Shown: positions 28,559 through 38,765 of the stretch, one piece after another
Layout of the letters: every line of letters begins with the position of its first letter
How positions within the stretch are numbered: the stretch's first letter is position 1
From: Crocinitomicaceae bacterium
GTDB lineage: Bacteria; Bacteroidota; Bacteroidia; Flavobacteriales_D; CAJJDF01
NCBI GenBank assembly: GCA_024639505.1
Contig: JAHEIE010000019.1
Span: 4,056 to 68,055, forward strand
Length of the DNA stretch: 64,000 nt
Reading direction: 5' to 3'
The notes under the pieces: generated by a model
Told to the model about the DNA's origin: nothing
The model's input: only the letters and a program-made list of their open reading frames with translations
Databases searched by the model: none
Program-made: the position numbers and the translations under genes

Positions 28559-30239
28559 CTTTAATAAGCTTTAGTTTTTGACGAACAGTCTCTATTTCCT
28601 GTTTGTTTTTATCTATTTTCTTTTGAATATCAGCTTTCATTTTCTCAGCACCTTTTGACATTCCAAAGAAACCCATGTTATTTTCGTACTGACCTATTTC
28701 ATTGTTCAGATTTGTCAGTTTCCTTTTTAGGTAATCTCGTTCCTTATTAATAGTTCCAGAATTACCTTTTTTCACCATCCCCTCAAGTTTATTCTTGTAA
28801 TTGATCTTTGTTTTCTCTTTTCTATCCAGTTTCAAAGAATCATAATGCTTATCTAATGCGGATTTGTATTCATTATATACTTCATCTTTTTGTTTGAATG
28901 GCACATTTCCAATTTCCAAAAACTGAGAAGAAAACTCTTTTAATTTCTGAATAGCTTCGTTGGAATTATCTGGCAGTTTGAAAGATAAAATTTCCTTAAT
29001 CACCTCCTTCTTTTTTGCCATATTTTCAGATTCGATTGTTTCTCTGTTGGCAAAATATTCTTTTTTGTTATTAAAAAAGAAGTCACAAGCTGCTCGGAAT
29101 TGCTCCCACACTTTTTGTTCTCCTTTTCCAGTATGACCAATCTCCTTCCACTGCCCTTGTAATTTTTTCAATTCAATGGTAGTATTCTTCCAATCATCAG
29201 AAAGTTTTATCTCTTCAGCTTTAGCCACTATCTCTTTCTTTTTATTTAAGTTCTTAGAACTATCCTTTTTCAAAGTTTTGAAATATTCATTTTTCTTTCC
29301 AAAAAACACATCGAAATTCCCTCTAAATTCCTCCCACACTTCTTTGTTTTTCTCTTTGGAAACAGCTCCAGTTTTCTTCCATTCTTCTTGTAATGCAAGT
29401 GCTTTTTCTGTTGCCGAATTCCATTCTTTAATAGTATCAAAACTCAACGAAGTCAGTTCTTTTGATTTTTCAATCAATTCCTGTTTAACCTCCAGGTTTT
29501 TCTCCATTTTTTCTGCCTGAGCCACATAATGCGCCTTTATTTTGGTTCTCAATTCGTTTACCGTTCCCCAAAATTGCTCTTTCAGCTCCTCCCATTTATC
29601 CTGAAAAGTTGGTCCAATTTCATCCCATTGTGTCAACATTTCATTCAATGAAGACTGTGTTTTTTTAATCGACTTTTCCTCTTTCAAAGCATTCAAGTCA
29701 AAAATAATTTTGTTCTTCAGAGAATAATTTCTTTTTAAATCATGCTCCTGAATTTCTTTGTAAATATTAATGTTGTAATTAAAGAAATCATTTAACTTAC
29801 TGTACTCAGACTGTATGTCTTCAAATTTATCTTTCGGTACATTGCCCAATTCTTTCCATCTCTCTTGAATCTCTTTTCTTTTAGCAAAAGCAGCACCAAT
29901 ATTTTCTTCGTTTTCAACCAGCTCTTTAAACTCCGCAAGGATTGCTTTTTTGGCGATTAAATTCACTTTTTCTTCCTCTTCTTTTTTCTTTCTAAAAGCC
30001 TTTCTTCTGTCCTTAAACTCAATGATTAACTCTTCAATTTTGGTGTCTAGCTTTCTGTCTTCCAAAATTACAGCAAGTTCTTCCTCGGTTTGTTCTTCTT
30101 CGGCAGGTTTTGCCACAAGTTGCTCGTCCGAAAGCAGACTTCTGTATTTTCGAATTGCATCGTTTGCACCAGTATTAATGGTATTCACATCTTCATTCTG
30201 AAGAAGATTAGTTAGGTTTTCAAGTATCTCAGCTCTCAT
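28551..30239 (-). CDS. DUF349 repeat protein
   Basis: Repeated W-(K/E)-E-I/LG...K...W-E-x-F modules (RWKELGNVPK, QWDEIGPTF, EWKKTGAVSK, QWKEIGHTGK). Confidence 0.8.
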   Translation of the reverse strand: MRAEILENLTNLLQNEDVNTINTGANDAIRKYRSLLSDEQLVAKPAEEEQTEEELAVILEDRKLDTKIEELIIEFKDRRKAFRKKKEEEEKVNLIAKKAILAEFKELVENEENIGAAFAKRKEIQERWKELGNVPKDKFEDIQSEYSKLNDFFNYNINIYKEIQEHDLKRNYSLKNKIIFDLNALKEEKSIKKTQSSLNEMLTQWDEIGPTFQDKWEELKEQFWGTVNELRTKIKAHYVAQAEKMEKNLEVKQELIEKSKELTSLSFDTIKEWNSATEKALALQEEWKKTGAVSKEKNKEVWEEFRGNFDVFFGKKNEYFKTLKKDSSKNLNKKKEIVAKAEEIKLSDDWKNTTIELKKLQGQWKEIGHTGKGEQKVWEQFRAACDFFFNNKKEYFANRETIESENMAKKKEVIKEILSFKLPDNSNEAIQKLKEFSSQFLEIGNVPFKQKDEVYNEYKSALDKHYDSLKLDRKEKTKINYKNKLEGMVKKGNSGTINKERDYLKRKLTNLNNEIGQYENNMGFFGMSKGAEKMKADIQKKIDKNKQEIETVRQKLKLIKDV

Positions 30240-30257
30240 GGTTGTGGAATTTAAAAC

Positions 30258-31028
30258 TTAGTTGTTTTTAAATTTATTAATGGCGTTTTTCGTAAAATCA
30301 GAAAGCACAAGCTCGCCACTCATAGCTGCTCTTTCTTTTAATAATTCATCCCAATTTTCTGTTCCTTTCCAGAAAATTTGTTTCAATAATCTCATCGCCT
30401 CTGGATTGGAAGATGACAGTTTATCAGCAAGAATTTCAATTGCTGCATCCATATCCTCAACATTGTCGTAGATTTCGGTATACAATCCTTTTTGTTTCGC
30501 CCATTCGGCAGTTTGCCATTCGGTAGCATCAATTGCCAATTGGCTCATTGCTGACGTTCCTATTTTCCTTTCTACTGCTGGCCCCACTACAAATGGCCCT
30601 ATTCCTACGGCAAGTTCACTCAATTTTACTGAAGCAAACTTTGTTGCTACGCAATAATCTACTGCACTTGCAATTCCTACACCGCCTCCAACAGCTTTCC
30701 CTTGAACTCTGCCTATTATAAGTTTAGGACATTTTCTACAAGCATTGATTACATTAGCAAATCCCGAGAAAAAGACCTTTCCTGTCTCAATGTCATTGAT
30801 CGAAATTAATTCATCAAAAGAAGCTCCTGCACAGAAAGCTCTCTCGCCAGCAGATTTTAGCACAATAACTGTAACGGCATCGTTGTTACCCATTTCTGTT
30901 ATTGTTTGAGCTAACTCAGCTAATAATTTCCCAGGCAACGAATTGCTTAACGGATGAGAAAACTGAATAGTTCCAATTCCTTTTGAGATAGAAATATCTA
31001 CCTTTCCTTGATTCAAAATTTCTGACAT
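30258..31028 (-). CDS. Enoyl-CoA hydratase/isomerase family protein
   Basis: Crotonase blocks FCAGASFDEL and GKAVGGGVGIASAVDY. Confidence 0.8.
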   Translation of the reverse strand: MSEILNQGKVDISISKGIGTIQFSHPLSNSLPGKLLAELAQTITEMGNNDAVTVIVLKSAGERAFCAGASFDELISINDIETGKVFFSGFANVINACRKCPKLIIGRVQGKAVGGGVGIASAVDYCVATKFASVKLSELAVGIGPFVVGPAVERKIGTSAMSQLAIDATEWQTAEWAKQKGLYTEIYDNVEDMDAAIEILADKLSSSNPEAMRLLKQIFWKGTENWDELLKERAAMSGELVLSDFTKNAINKFKNN

Positions 31029-31030
31029 AA

Positions 31031-31369
31031 TTAATATTCTTTTTCTACTTTACAAATTCTTGTTTTAAAACTGTCGTACCACTGTTCTTCCCCCATCCTT
31101 TTCGCCTGCTTGTGCAATGAATTTTCTTTCCAGTTTTGGATAGATTCCAAATCTTTCCAATACGAAATATGAATTCCAAATCCATCTTGCTGCCTTGTTC
31201 CTTCGTGCCCTAAATAGCCAGGCATTTTTTCTACTTCTGCATACACTAGGTCGTCCATTTCGGAATATCCTTTGTCTTCTCTGGTACGAACCGAAGAAAA
31301 AGCTACAGCATAATATGGAGTTGTTAAACTAGCTTTAAACATAGGCAAAAATATAATTAATTCCCTCAT
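31031..31369 (-). CDS. Antibiotic-biosynthesis-monooxygenase (ABM)-like small protein
   Basis: About 100-aa ferredoxin-like pattern (YYAVAFSS..., ISYWKDLESIQNWK). The start is ambiguous (31369 or ATG 31342). Confidence 0.55.
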   Translation of the reverse strand: MRELIIFLPMFKASLTTPYYAVAFSSVRTREDKGYSEMDDLVYAEVEKMPGYLGHEGTRQQDGFGIHISYWKDLESIQNWKENSLHKQAKRMGEEQWYDSFKTRICKVEKEY

Positions 31370-31402
31370 TTGGCAAACTATTCTGAGGGCTTTCTTTTTC
31401 TC

Positions 31403-32008
31403 TCAATCAAAAAGTACTTCAATTGGATTCTCTTGAATCAAAATCACCGAAATTCCTAGTGATTCTGCTGACTTAATATGCTGAATAGAATCGTCTACAA
31501 ACAATGTCTCGGAGGCTTGTAAATTATTCTCTTTCAATATCGTTTGAAATGCATCCTTATTTGGCTTTCTTTTTCCAAAAAGATGCGAATAATAAGTTTT
31601 TTCAAAAATAGAGTCAAAGTCATCTGACACCTGACTCACAAACTGATTGTAGTGAGTTTCGTTGGTATTGCTAAACAAAAACAAACGGTAATTTTGAGCC
31701 AATTTTTTTAGAAGATGAATTCTAGCTTTAGGCAAATCAAGAAGCAAAGCATTCCAAGCATTTTTTGATTCTTGAAATGTAAAATCTACTCCAGAAATCT
31801 TTTTTATTCCTTCGTGAAATTCCAGTTCAGAAATTCGCCCGATTTCAAAATTATCGGACAAAACTGACTGTTTGTATTGAGAAAAAATATCTTCAAAATT
31901 ATCAATGCCCAGTTTCTTGAATTCATCGATGGTTAATTGATACTCTATATTCAAAATAACCCCTCCAAGATCGAAAATAATGTTTTTGACACCTTCTAAT
32001 TGTTTCAT
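31403..32008 (-). CDS. HAD-IA family hydrolase
   Basis: Motif I IIFDLGGVIL, motif II FSNTN, motif III/IV KPNKD...FVDDS. Confidence 0.8.
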   Translation of the reverse strand: MKQLEGVKNIIFDLGGVILNIEYQLTIDEFKKLGIDNFEDIFSQYKQSVLSDNFEIGRISELEFHEGIKKISGVDFTFQESKNAWNALLLDLPKARIHLLKKLAQNYRLFLFSNTNETHYNQFVSQVSDDFDSIFEKTYYSHLFGKRKPNKDAFQTILKENNLQASETLFVDDSIQHIKSAESLGISVILIQENPIEVLFD

Positions 32009-32212
32009 AAGACCAAGGTAAGATAAAAAATAAATTAGTTGGAATTCCTATAAAGACAGAATTTTCGCGAAGAATAAATCTGATGAATAATCCACTTGGC
32101 AACAACAGAACGACAAGGTAAAATTAAATACAAAAATGATTTTAACTCATATAATTTCTATTGTCCTAAACATTGCATAATTTTACGTTATCAAAACAAA
32201 AAAAACAGAACA

Positions 32213-33616
32213 ATGAGTAAATACGATGTAGTAGTAATAGGTTCAGGACCTGGTGGTTATGTAGGAGCAATAAGATGTGCTCAACTTGGAATGAAAACTG
32301 CGATTATTGAAAAATACGACACATTAGGCGGGACTTGCTTGAATGTAGGTTGTATTCCTTCTAAGGCTATGCTTGATTCTTCGCACCATTATCACGAAGC
32401 AACTCACAATTTTACAAAACATGGTATTGATATTAAGGGAACTGTGAATCCTAATTTGAAACAAATGATTGCACGAAAAGCAGAAGTTGTTTCTCAAACT
32501 TGTTCTGGAATTGATTTTTTGATGGATAAGAACAAAATTGACGTGTTACATGGAATGGGGTCATTTGTGGACAAAAACACAATTAAAATCACAAAAGACG
32601 GAAAAGACACTACAATTCAGACAGATAAAGTAATCATTGCAACAGGAAGTAAACCAAATTATTTCCCAGGAATGGAACCAGATAAAAAAAGAATCATTAC
32701 CTCAACAGAGGCATTGGAATTGAAAGAAATTCCTAAAAAAATGATTGTGATTGGTGGAGGTGTTATTGGATTGGAGCTTGGTCAAGTTTATGCAAGACTT
32801 GGAACAGAAGTATCGGTTGTTGAATTTATGGATTCAATTATACCTACGATGGACAAGGCTCTTGGGAAAGATTTGATGAGATCTTTGAAAAAAGAAGGGT
32901 TCAAATTTAATTTCAATCACAAGGTAAAAAGTGTTGTAAACAAAGGAAAATCTGTAGTAGTAACGGCTGACGACAAAAAAGGAGAAGAAGTAACTTTTGA
33001 AGGAGATTATTGCCTAGTTTCTGTGGGTAGAAAAGCCTACACAGAAGGTCTTGGATTAGAAAACGTAGGAATTCCTACTGACGACAGAGGTCGTGTGGAA
33101 GTAGATGCTCATTTGCAAACTAATGTGGCTGGAATTTATGCAATTGGTGATGTAATAAAAGGAGCCATGTTAGCTCACAAAGCAGAAGAAGAAGGTGTTT
33201 TTGTTGCCGAAACAATGGCTGGACAAAAGCCACATATTAACTACAACCTGATACCGGGAGTGGTTTACACTTGGCCAGAAGTAGCTGCTGTAGGGCAAAC
33301 CGAAGAGCAATTGCAAGAAGCGGGAATAGCCTACAAAGCAGGGCAGTTTCCTATGAAAGCATTGGGAAGAGCAAGAGCCAGCATGGATACCGCAGGATTT
33401 GTAAAAATACTAGCCGACAAAGAAACTGACGAAGTATTAGGTGTTCACATGATTGGACCTAGAGTTGCAGATTTGATTGCAGAAGCAGTAGTTGCAATGG
33501 AATACCGAGCAAGTGCAGAGGATATTGCTCGTTTTTCACACGCACACCCAACATATGCTGAAGCTTTGAAAGAAGCAGCATTAGCAGCAACGGAAGATAG
33601 AGCTATTCATATATAA
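32213..33616 (+). CDS. lpd: Dihydrolipoyl dehydrogenase (E3)
   Basis: DVVVIGSGPGGY FAD motif and redox disulfide GGTCLNVGCIPSK. ATG 32213 is preferred; the track's 32096 start adds a non-homologous extension. Confidence 0.9.
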   Translation: MSKYDVVVIGSGPGGYVGAIRCAQLGMKTAIIEKYDTLGGTCLNVGCIPSKAMLDSSHHYHEATHNFTKHGIDIKGTVNPNLKQMIARKAEVVSQTCSGIDFLMDKNKIDVLHGMGSFVDKNTIKITKDGKDTTIQTDKVIIATGSKPNYFPGMEPDKKRIITSTEALELKEIPKKMIVIGGGVIGLELGQVYARLGTEVSVVEFMDSIIPTMDKALGKDLMRSLKKEGFKFNFNHKVKSVVNKGKSVVVTADDKKGEEVTFEGDYCLVSVGRKAYTEGLGLENVGIPTDDRGRVEVDAHLQTNVAGIYAIGDVIKGAMLAHKAEEEGVFVAETMAGQKPHINYNLIPGVVYTWPEVAAVGQTEEQLQEAGIAYKAGQFPMKALGRARASMDTAGFVKILADKETDEVLGVHMIGPRVADLIAEAVVAMEYRASAEDIARFSHAHPTYAEALKEAALAATEDRAIHI

Positions 33617-33691
33617 TAGCTTGTTCTCGATTGAATCCTATGTAAAATGGAATCATTCGAACTGACGAATAATAAAACTATACTTTTTTAA

Positions 33692-33728
33692 AAGTCGCGA
33701 ATCATTAATCGATTTGCGACTTTTTTTG
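33692..33728 (+). terminator. Rho-independent terminator after lpd
   Basis: 12-bp stem AAGTCGCGAATC/GATTTGCGACTT (one G-U pair) followed by a T7 run. Confidence 0.8.
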
Positions 33729-33912
33729 TTAGCAATAAGTGGATATCAGTTGGCAGTTATTATTATTCCAATTATAATATTCCTTTTGGGTTATTATTTG
33801 GGCAAAAAAGCTGGATACATAAAACGGGTCAAGGAAAACGAAAATACGTTAGATCAGAATTGAATCAGTCGATATAATTCCTTTTCTATTTCTTTATCAC
33901 CCAAAACAACTT

Positions 33913-35031
33913 TTAACACAAAACAAACGAACTCCCTGGCAAGGCTTTCACCAATCCTTTGAACTCCAATTGTAGCAACCCAACTGCCAAAACGCTTGTT
34001 GCCAATTTAGTTTTAGCACTCAACTCATCCATTGCAATAGGTTTCTCAGTAGAGAGTATGTCATAAATTAACTTCTCATCCTCCGGTAAATCAATAAATA
34101 ATTGCTTTTGAATGGTTTTTGGTTTTTGAGAAATATTGAGTTCCCAATTCATCAAATACACAATATCAGTTACCGAATTAAGTAAATGGGCTTTGTTTAT
34201 TTTTATCAAATAATTACACCCCTCCGAATATTGATCGGTAACTCGGCCAGGCACTGCAAATACATCTCGGTTGTATGCATTTGCAATTTCAGCCGTAATA
34301 AGCGACCCCCCTTTTTTAGCGGATTCAATTACAATTGTTACATCCGAAAGGCCAGCAATAATTCTATTTCGTTTAGGGAAGTTTTCTCTATCAGGATTTG
34401 TTTCGCTCATAAACTCAGTCAGCAAGCCGCCTGTTTTCATCATTCTTTTTGCAGTGGAACGATGAATTTCTGGGTACAATCTATCTAACCCATGAGCCAA
34501 AACTGCCACAGTCGGAATATCTAAATCTACACAGTTTTTGTGAGCACAAATATCCACACCATAAGCCATTCCGCTTATTACCAAAGGTTTGTGCGGTTGC
34601 AAATCCGCCAATAATTTTTCGCAAAAATCCTTTCCTCGCTGAGTCACTTTTCTTGTCCCTACAACCGCGATAGTTTTGTGATTACAAAAATCAATATTTC
34701 CCATTCCGTAAAGTACGATGGGCGAATCTTCGCATTGCTTTAGGTTCAGCGGATAGTTCTTTTCTGTTATTAATAAGGTTTTGATTTCATTTTTTTGGAT
34801 AAAATCTATTTCGCGCTCCACTCTCTGAATAATCGCCTCATCCTTTATTTGTTTGGAGATACTAGATGAAAGAACCTCTCCTATTCCAGGGATTTTTGAA
34901 AGCTTAGATTTATTAGAATCGAATACAGCTGTGAAACTACCGCAATAAGCTAATAGTTTTTTGGCATTTATATTCCCAACACCTTCAAATAAGGTGAGAG
35001 CCATTGCAAATTTCAGTTCAGTTTTATTCAA
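33913..35031 (-). CDS. dprA: DNA-processing protein DprA
   Basis: AVVGTRKVTQRG, VISGMAYGVDICAHK and GGSLITAEIA blocks. Confidence 0.85.
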   Translation of the reverse strand: MNKTELKFAMALTLFEGVGNINAKKLLAYCGSFTAVFDSNKSKLSKIPGIGEVLSSSISKQIKDEAIIQRVEREIDFIQKNEIKTLLITEKNYPLNLKQCEDSPIVLYGMGNIDFCNHKTIAVVGTRKVTQRGKDFCEKLLADLQPHKPLVISGMAYGVDICAHKNCVDLDIPTVAVLAHGLDRLYPEIHRSTAKRMMKTGGLLTEFMSETNPDRENFPKRNRIIAGLSDVTIVIESAKKGGSLITAEIANAYNRDVFAVPGRVTDQYSEGCNYLIKINKAHLLNSVTDIVYLMNWELNISQKPKTIQKQLFIDLPEDEKLIYDILSTEKPIAMDELSAKTKLATSVLAVGLLQLEFKGLVKALPGSSFVLC

Positions 35032-35113
35032 TTTTTGATCAGTTAGATTCTTAAAATTAAGGAAATAATTAGGAATTGCATCAAATTCATTACTTTTAAC
35101 TAAATCAACAACA

Positions 35114-37471
35114 ATGCAAAAAACTATCCCCTACTTCTTTTGTTTTCTTGTGAGCCTTTCTTTTGGTCAAAGTGGAAAAGGAACATTAAGCGGAAAAATA
35201 CTTGACCGAATTACAAATGAAACAATCCCTTTTGCTCAAATCACTTTAACAAAAAGCGATTCAATTTATTATTTCACCAGCACCAATTCTGAGGGCAATT
35301 ATTTTTTCAAAAATATTTTGGCCGACACTTTTTTGGTAGAAGTTTCCTCTGTGGGATATTCATCCACTCAGTTTTCTAAAATAATTGTTGCAGGCCAAAA
35401 CAGAACATCGCATGTCGTTCTTGATCCTACCGAAATCAGTTTGAAAGAGTATACAATTTCAGCTAAAAAATATGAACACAAGATTACTGATGAAACAGTA
35501 TCTTCTACTGTAATAGAATCTGAAATAATTAAAGATAGAATCACAACCAACCCGAGGGATATTGTTACTCAAATCCCCGGAGTTCATACACAAGAGGAAC
35601 AAATAAGCATACGAGGTGGCGCAGGATTTAGCTACGGAGCAGGCAGCCGAGTACTCGTTATGCTTGATGGAATTCCAATGTTGGCAGGTGATGCTGGTGA
35701 TATCAAATGGAACTACCTTCCTCTCGAAGGGATTAATCAAATAGAAGTATTGAAAGGCGCTTCATCAGTTTTGTACGGTTCTTCCGCTTTGAATGGTGTT
35801 ATCAACATTAGAACGCAATACCCCACATCTACGCCAAAAACAGAAATAAACTTTATTGCTGGAATGTACGACAAACCATTCAGAGGAAGATACCTCAAGT
35901 GGTGGGATGGTTATAGAGGAATGCAAGGAACAAGCTTTTTTCATGCAAGGCAGGTGACCAAACATTTTGATTTAGTTGTTGGGGGTAACTTTTTTAACGA
36001 TCAAAGCTTCAGAATTGGAGAAAAAGAAACAAGAGGAAGACTGAATATTAACACCAAATTTCAACATAAGAAGATAAAGGGATTGTTTTATGGAGTGAAT
36101 TCGAATGCACAACTGAGCGATGTAGATTTATTTTTTGTTTGGAAAGAAAAAGACAGTGTACTCACTCCTTCGCCAGGTACAAATTCCTCTGGCCTCAACA
36201 ATAGATTTAACATAGATCCCTATATCGAATATTTTGCCAAAAACGGAGATAAGCATACACTGAAAACAAGGTGGTTTAACACGGACAACAACAACCAAGT
36301 AGACCCTACTCAATCTTCTACCTCCAACCTATACTTTGGGGAATATCAATTCAAAAAAAACATCGATACTAACTTCACTCTGACCTCGGGAGCAACGATT
36401 ATAAAAACCTTTGTGAATTCTACACTATACGGGAATCATGAATCCACAAACTTGGCTGCTTACACTCAGCTTGACAAAGTCATGTGGAAAAAACTAACTT
36501 TCTCTGCTGGCTTGAGAGCAGAATATTATCAATTGAACGCTGTGAACGAGCCTATAATCCCTATCGCCCGGATGGGATTAAACTATCATATGGCTAAAGC
36601 TACATTCATTCGCGCATCCATTGGTCAGGGATACAGATTCCCTTCTGTTGCTGAAAAGTTTGCAAGCACCTCGTTGGGAACATTGTCTGTATTTCCGAAC
36701 CCGGAACTTACACCAGAGAAAGGATGGAGTGCCGAAATAGGAATAAAACAAGGTATAAAAATCAAGAATTGGAAAGGTTATATTGACATTGCAGGTTTCA
36801 TCAATGAGTATGAAAACATGACAGAATATACTTTTGGATTTTTTGACACTACTACATTTGAACAAAAACCATCCGGAAGCATCAATGAATTTGGCGCATC
36901 TTCTCGCAACGTCAACAAAGCCAGAATCTCTGGTATAGATTTAACATTGGCAGGAAAAGGAAAGATTGGAAATGTGGGAATACAGCTATTGGCTGGATAC
37001 ACATTTATGAACCCCAAACCGATTGATGCCGACTCGGCTTATCTCAGCACTTTTTCTTCCCTAACCACCAATTACACTTACGACAGAAATTTAGATTTAA
37101 ACTCTGATTCAGTAAGCGATAATTTAAAATATCGTTTTAATCACCTTTTCAAGGTAGATGTACAATTGGAATACAAAAAACTGAATGTCGGAGGAAGTTA
37201 CAGGTTCAATAGTTTTATTCATAATATTGATGAATCTTTTCATATTCTTGGGATATTTAGTGGTAACACTTTCTTGGGAGGATTGGAAGAATATCGAAGA
37301 GACCAACCGAAAAACACTCAGATTATTGACGTAAGAATTGGATACAAACACTCGTCAAAAATTAAACTGAGCTTTGTATGTAACAACCTATTGAATACAG
37401 AATACCAAACAAGGCCTGGCTGGGTTATGCCTCCAAGAAATTTTGTTTTTCAGTCAACTTTTTCATTTTAA
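35114..37471 (+). CDS. TonB-dependent receptor with N-terminal CarboxypepD_reg domain
   Basis: Signal peptide, LSGKILDRITNETIPFAQI, plug (ISIRGGAGFSYGAGSRVLVMLDGIPM ... IEVLKGASSVLYGSSALNGVINI), and a C-terminal F. Confidence 0.85.
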   Translation: MQKTIPYFFCFLVSLSFGQSGKGTLSGKILDRITNETIPFAQITLTKSDSIYYFTSTNSEGNYFFKNILADTFLVEVSSVGYSSTQFSKIIVAGQNRTSHVVLDPTEISLKEYTISAKKYEHKITDETVSSTVIESEIIKDRITTNPRDIVTQIPGVHTQEEQISIRGGAGFSYGAGSRVLVMLDGIPMLAGDAGDIKWNYLPLEGINQIEVLKGASSVLYGSSALNGVINIRTQYPTSTPKTEINFIAGMYDKPFRGRYLKWWDGYRGMQGTSFFHARQVTKHFDLVVGGNFFNDQSFRIGEKETRGRLNINTKFQHKKIKGLFYGVNSNAQLSDVDLFFVWKEKDSVLTPSPGTNSSGLNNRFNIDPYIEYFAKNGDKHTLKTRWFNTDNNNQVDPTQSSTSNLYFGEYQFKKNIDTNFTLTSGATIIKTFVNSTLYGNHESTNLAAYTQLDKVMWKKLTFSAGLRAEYYQLNAVNEPIIPIARMGLNYHMAKATFIRASIGQGYRFPSVAEKFASTSLGTLSVFPNPELTPEKGWSAEIGIKQGIKIKNWKGYIDIAGFINEYENMTEYTFGFFDTTTFEQKPSGSINEFGASSRNVNKARISGIDLTLAGKGKIGNVGIQLLAGYTFMNPKPIDADSAYLSTFSSLTTNYTYDRNLDLNSDSVSDNLKYRFNHLFKVDVQLEYKKLNVGGSYRFNSFIHNIDESFHILGIFSGNTFLGGLEEYRRDQPKNTQIIDVRIGYKHSSKIKLSFVCNNLLNTEYQTRPGWVMPPRNFVFQSTFSF

Positions 37472-37618
37472 AACAACAATTCTCCATTGTCTAATTAATG
37501 AATTTTATTTATTGTGAAATAATATATCATTGAAAATTTGGAAAAAGGGCAAAGTCCTTTTAAATTCGCAGACTTTCCTAATTAAGGAAATGTATTACTT
37601 ATCTCCGGAAAAGTAATA

Positions 37619-37692
37619 GGGCCTATAACTCAGCTGGTTAGAGTATCTGACTCATAATCAGAAAGTCCCTGGTTCGAGCCCAGGTGGGCCCA
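37619..37692 (+). tRNA. tRNA with CAU anticodon, elongator type (tRNA-Met, or tRNA-Ile2 if lysidine-modified)
   Basis: A cloverleaf folds by hand: acceptor GGGCCTA/TGGGCCC, D-stem ACTC/GAGT, anticodon stem TCTGA/TCAGA with loop CTCATAA, T-arm CCTGG-TTCGAGC-CCAGG. No encoded CCA. Confidence 0.9.
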
Positions 37693-37705
37693 CAATAGTG
37701 AAATC

Positions 37706-37736
37706 AAGCCTTTCAAGAAATTGAAAGGCTTTTTTG
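37706..37736 (+). terminator. Rho-independent terminator after the tRNA
   Basis: 11-bp stem AAGCCTTTCAA/TTGAAAGGCTT, GAAA loop, T-run. Confidence 0.85.
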
Positions 37737-37880
37737 TTTCTCTCATTTTTACAACGATGTAACTTTTCTATTTCAACCTAACTCATGCTTTTCAACAAGA
37801 GTGAATAACTAAATTGAGTTCTGAGCGGATGTGGCTTTTCATTTTCTTATTTTTACATTGAATAAAATTACGAAGCGAAA

Positions 37881-38705
37881 ATGAAACAATACCACGATTT
37901 ACTGCAGCACATTCTGGATAAAGGAGAGCAAAAAGGCGACAGAACTGGAACTGGAACAATCAGCTGTTTTGGTTATCAAATGAGGTTTGATCTTTCAGAA
38001 GGGTTTCCTATGGTAACTACTAAAAAACTGCACCTAAAGTCAATTATTCACGAATTGCTTTGGTTCCTGAAAGGAGACACTAATATTGATTACTTGAAAG
38101 AAAACAAGGTTAGGATTTGGGATGATTGGGCTGACGAAAATGGTGACTTGGGACCTGTGTACGGTCACCAATGGAGAAACTGGAACAGTGATGGAATTGA
38201 CCAAATAAGCCAAGCGATAGAACAAATAAAAAACAATCCAAATAGCCGAAGAATAATGGTTTCAGCTTGGAATCCAAGTGTAATGCCAGATACCAGTAAA
38301 TCATTTTCGGAAAACGTGGCAAACGGAAAAGCAGCTCTACCTCCTTGTCACGCATTTTTTCAGTTTTATGTAACCAACGGAAAGTTATCTTGCCAGCTCT
38401 ACCAGCGAAGTGCCGATACATTTTTGGGAGTTCCTTTTAACATTGCTTCTTACGCGCTATTCACAATGATGGTGGCTCAGGTTTGTGGGCTGGAATACGG
38501 AGATTTTATCCACACCTTTGGTGATGTACATTTGTACAACAACCACATTGAACAGGCTGAACTTCAATTATCGAGAGAACCAAGAGATCTACCAACCATG
38601 AAATTGAATCCCGAAATCACAAACATTTTTGATTTCACTTTTGAAGATTTTGAATTAGTGAATTACGATCCACACCCACATATAAAAGCTGCTGTATCAG
38701 TTTAA
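37881..38705 (+). CDS. thyA: Thymidylate synthase
   Basis: MKQYHDLL...GDRTGTGT...[12 protein letters not shown]...YQRSAD. Confidence 0.95.
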   Translation: MKQYHDLLQHILDKGEQKGDRTGTGTISCFGYQMRFDLSEGFPMVTTKKLHLKSIIHELLWFLKGDTNIDYLKENKVRIWDDWADENGDLGPVYGHQWRNWNSDGIDQISQAIEQIKNNPNSRRIMVSAWNPSVMPDTSKSFSENVANGKAALPPCHAFFQFYVTNGKLSCQLYQRSADTFLGVPFNIASYALFTMMVAQVCGLEYGDFIHTFGDVHLYNNHIEQAELQLSREPRDLPTMKLNPEITNIFDFTFEDFELVNYDPHPHIKAAVSV

Positions 38706-38713
38706 TACAAAGC

Positions 38714-38752
38714 AAAAAAAGACCTTTAACTCAAGTTAAAGGTCTTTTTTTT
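38714..38752. terminator. Bidirectional rho-independent terminator between the convergent thyA and dnaA genes
   Basis: A-run, then stem GACCTTTAAC/GTTAAAGGTC, then a T-run, so a U-tract is available on both strands. Confidence 0.85.
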
Positions 38753-38765
38753 AAATCTAAATTTC

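Noticed and set aside
29176-29520. 114-aa plus-strand ORF, together with 29950-30201
   Set aside because: Both are antisense shadows of the Lys/Glu-rich DUF349 gene, which gives Phe/Ser-rich reverse frames.
32096-32212. 39-aa N-terminal extension of lpd
   Set aside because: The FAD-binding fold starts at MSKYDVVVIGSGPGG (ATG 32213). The extension looks like translated intergenic DNA.
38506-38514. Perfect DnaA box TTATCCACA
   Set aside because: It is a single copy inside the thyA coding sequence (encoding DFIHTF). It is not part of a cluster, so it is most likely coincidental.
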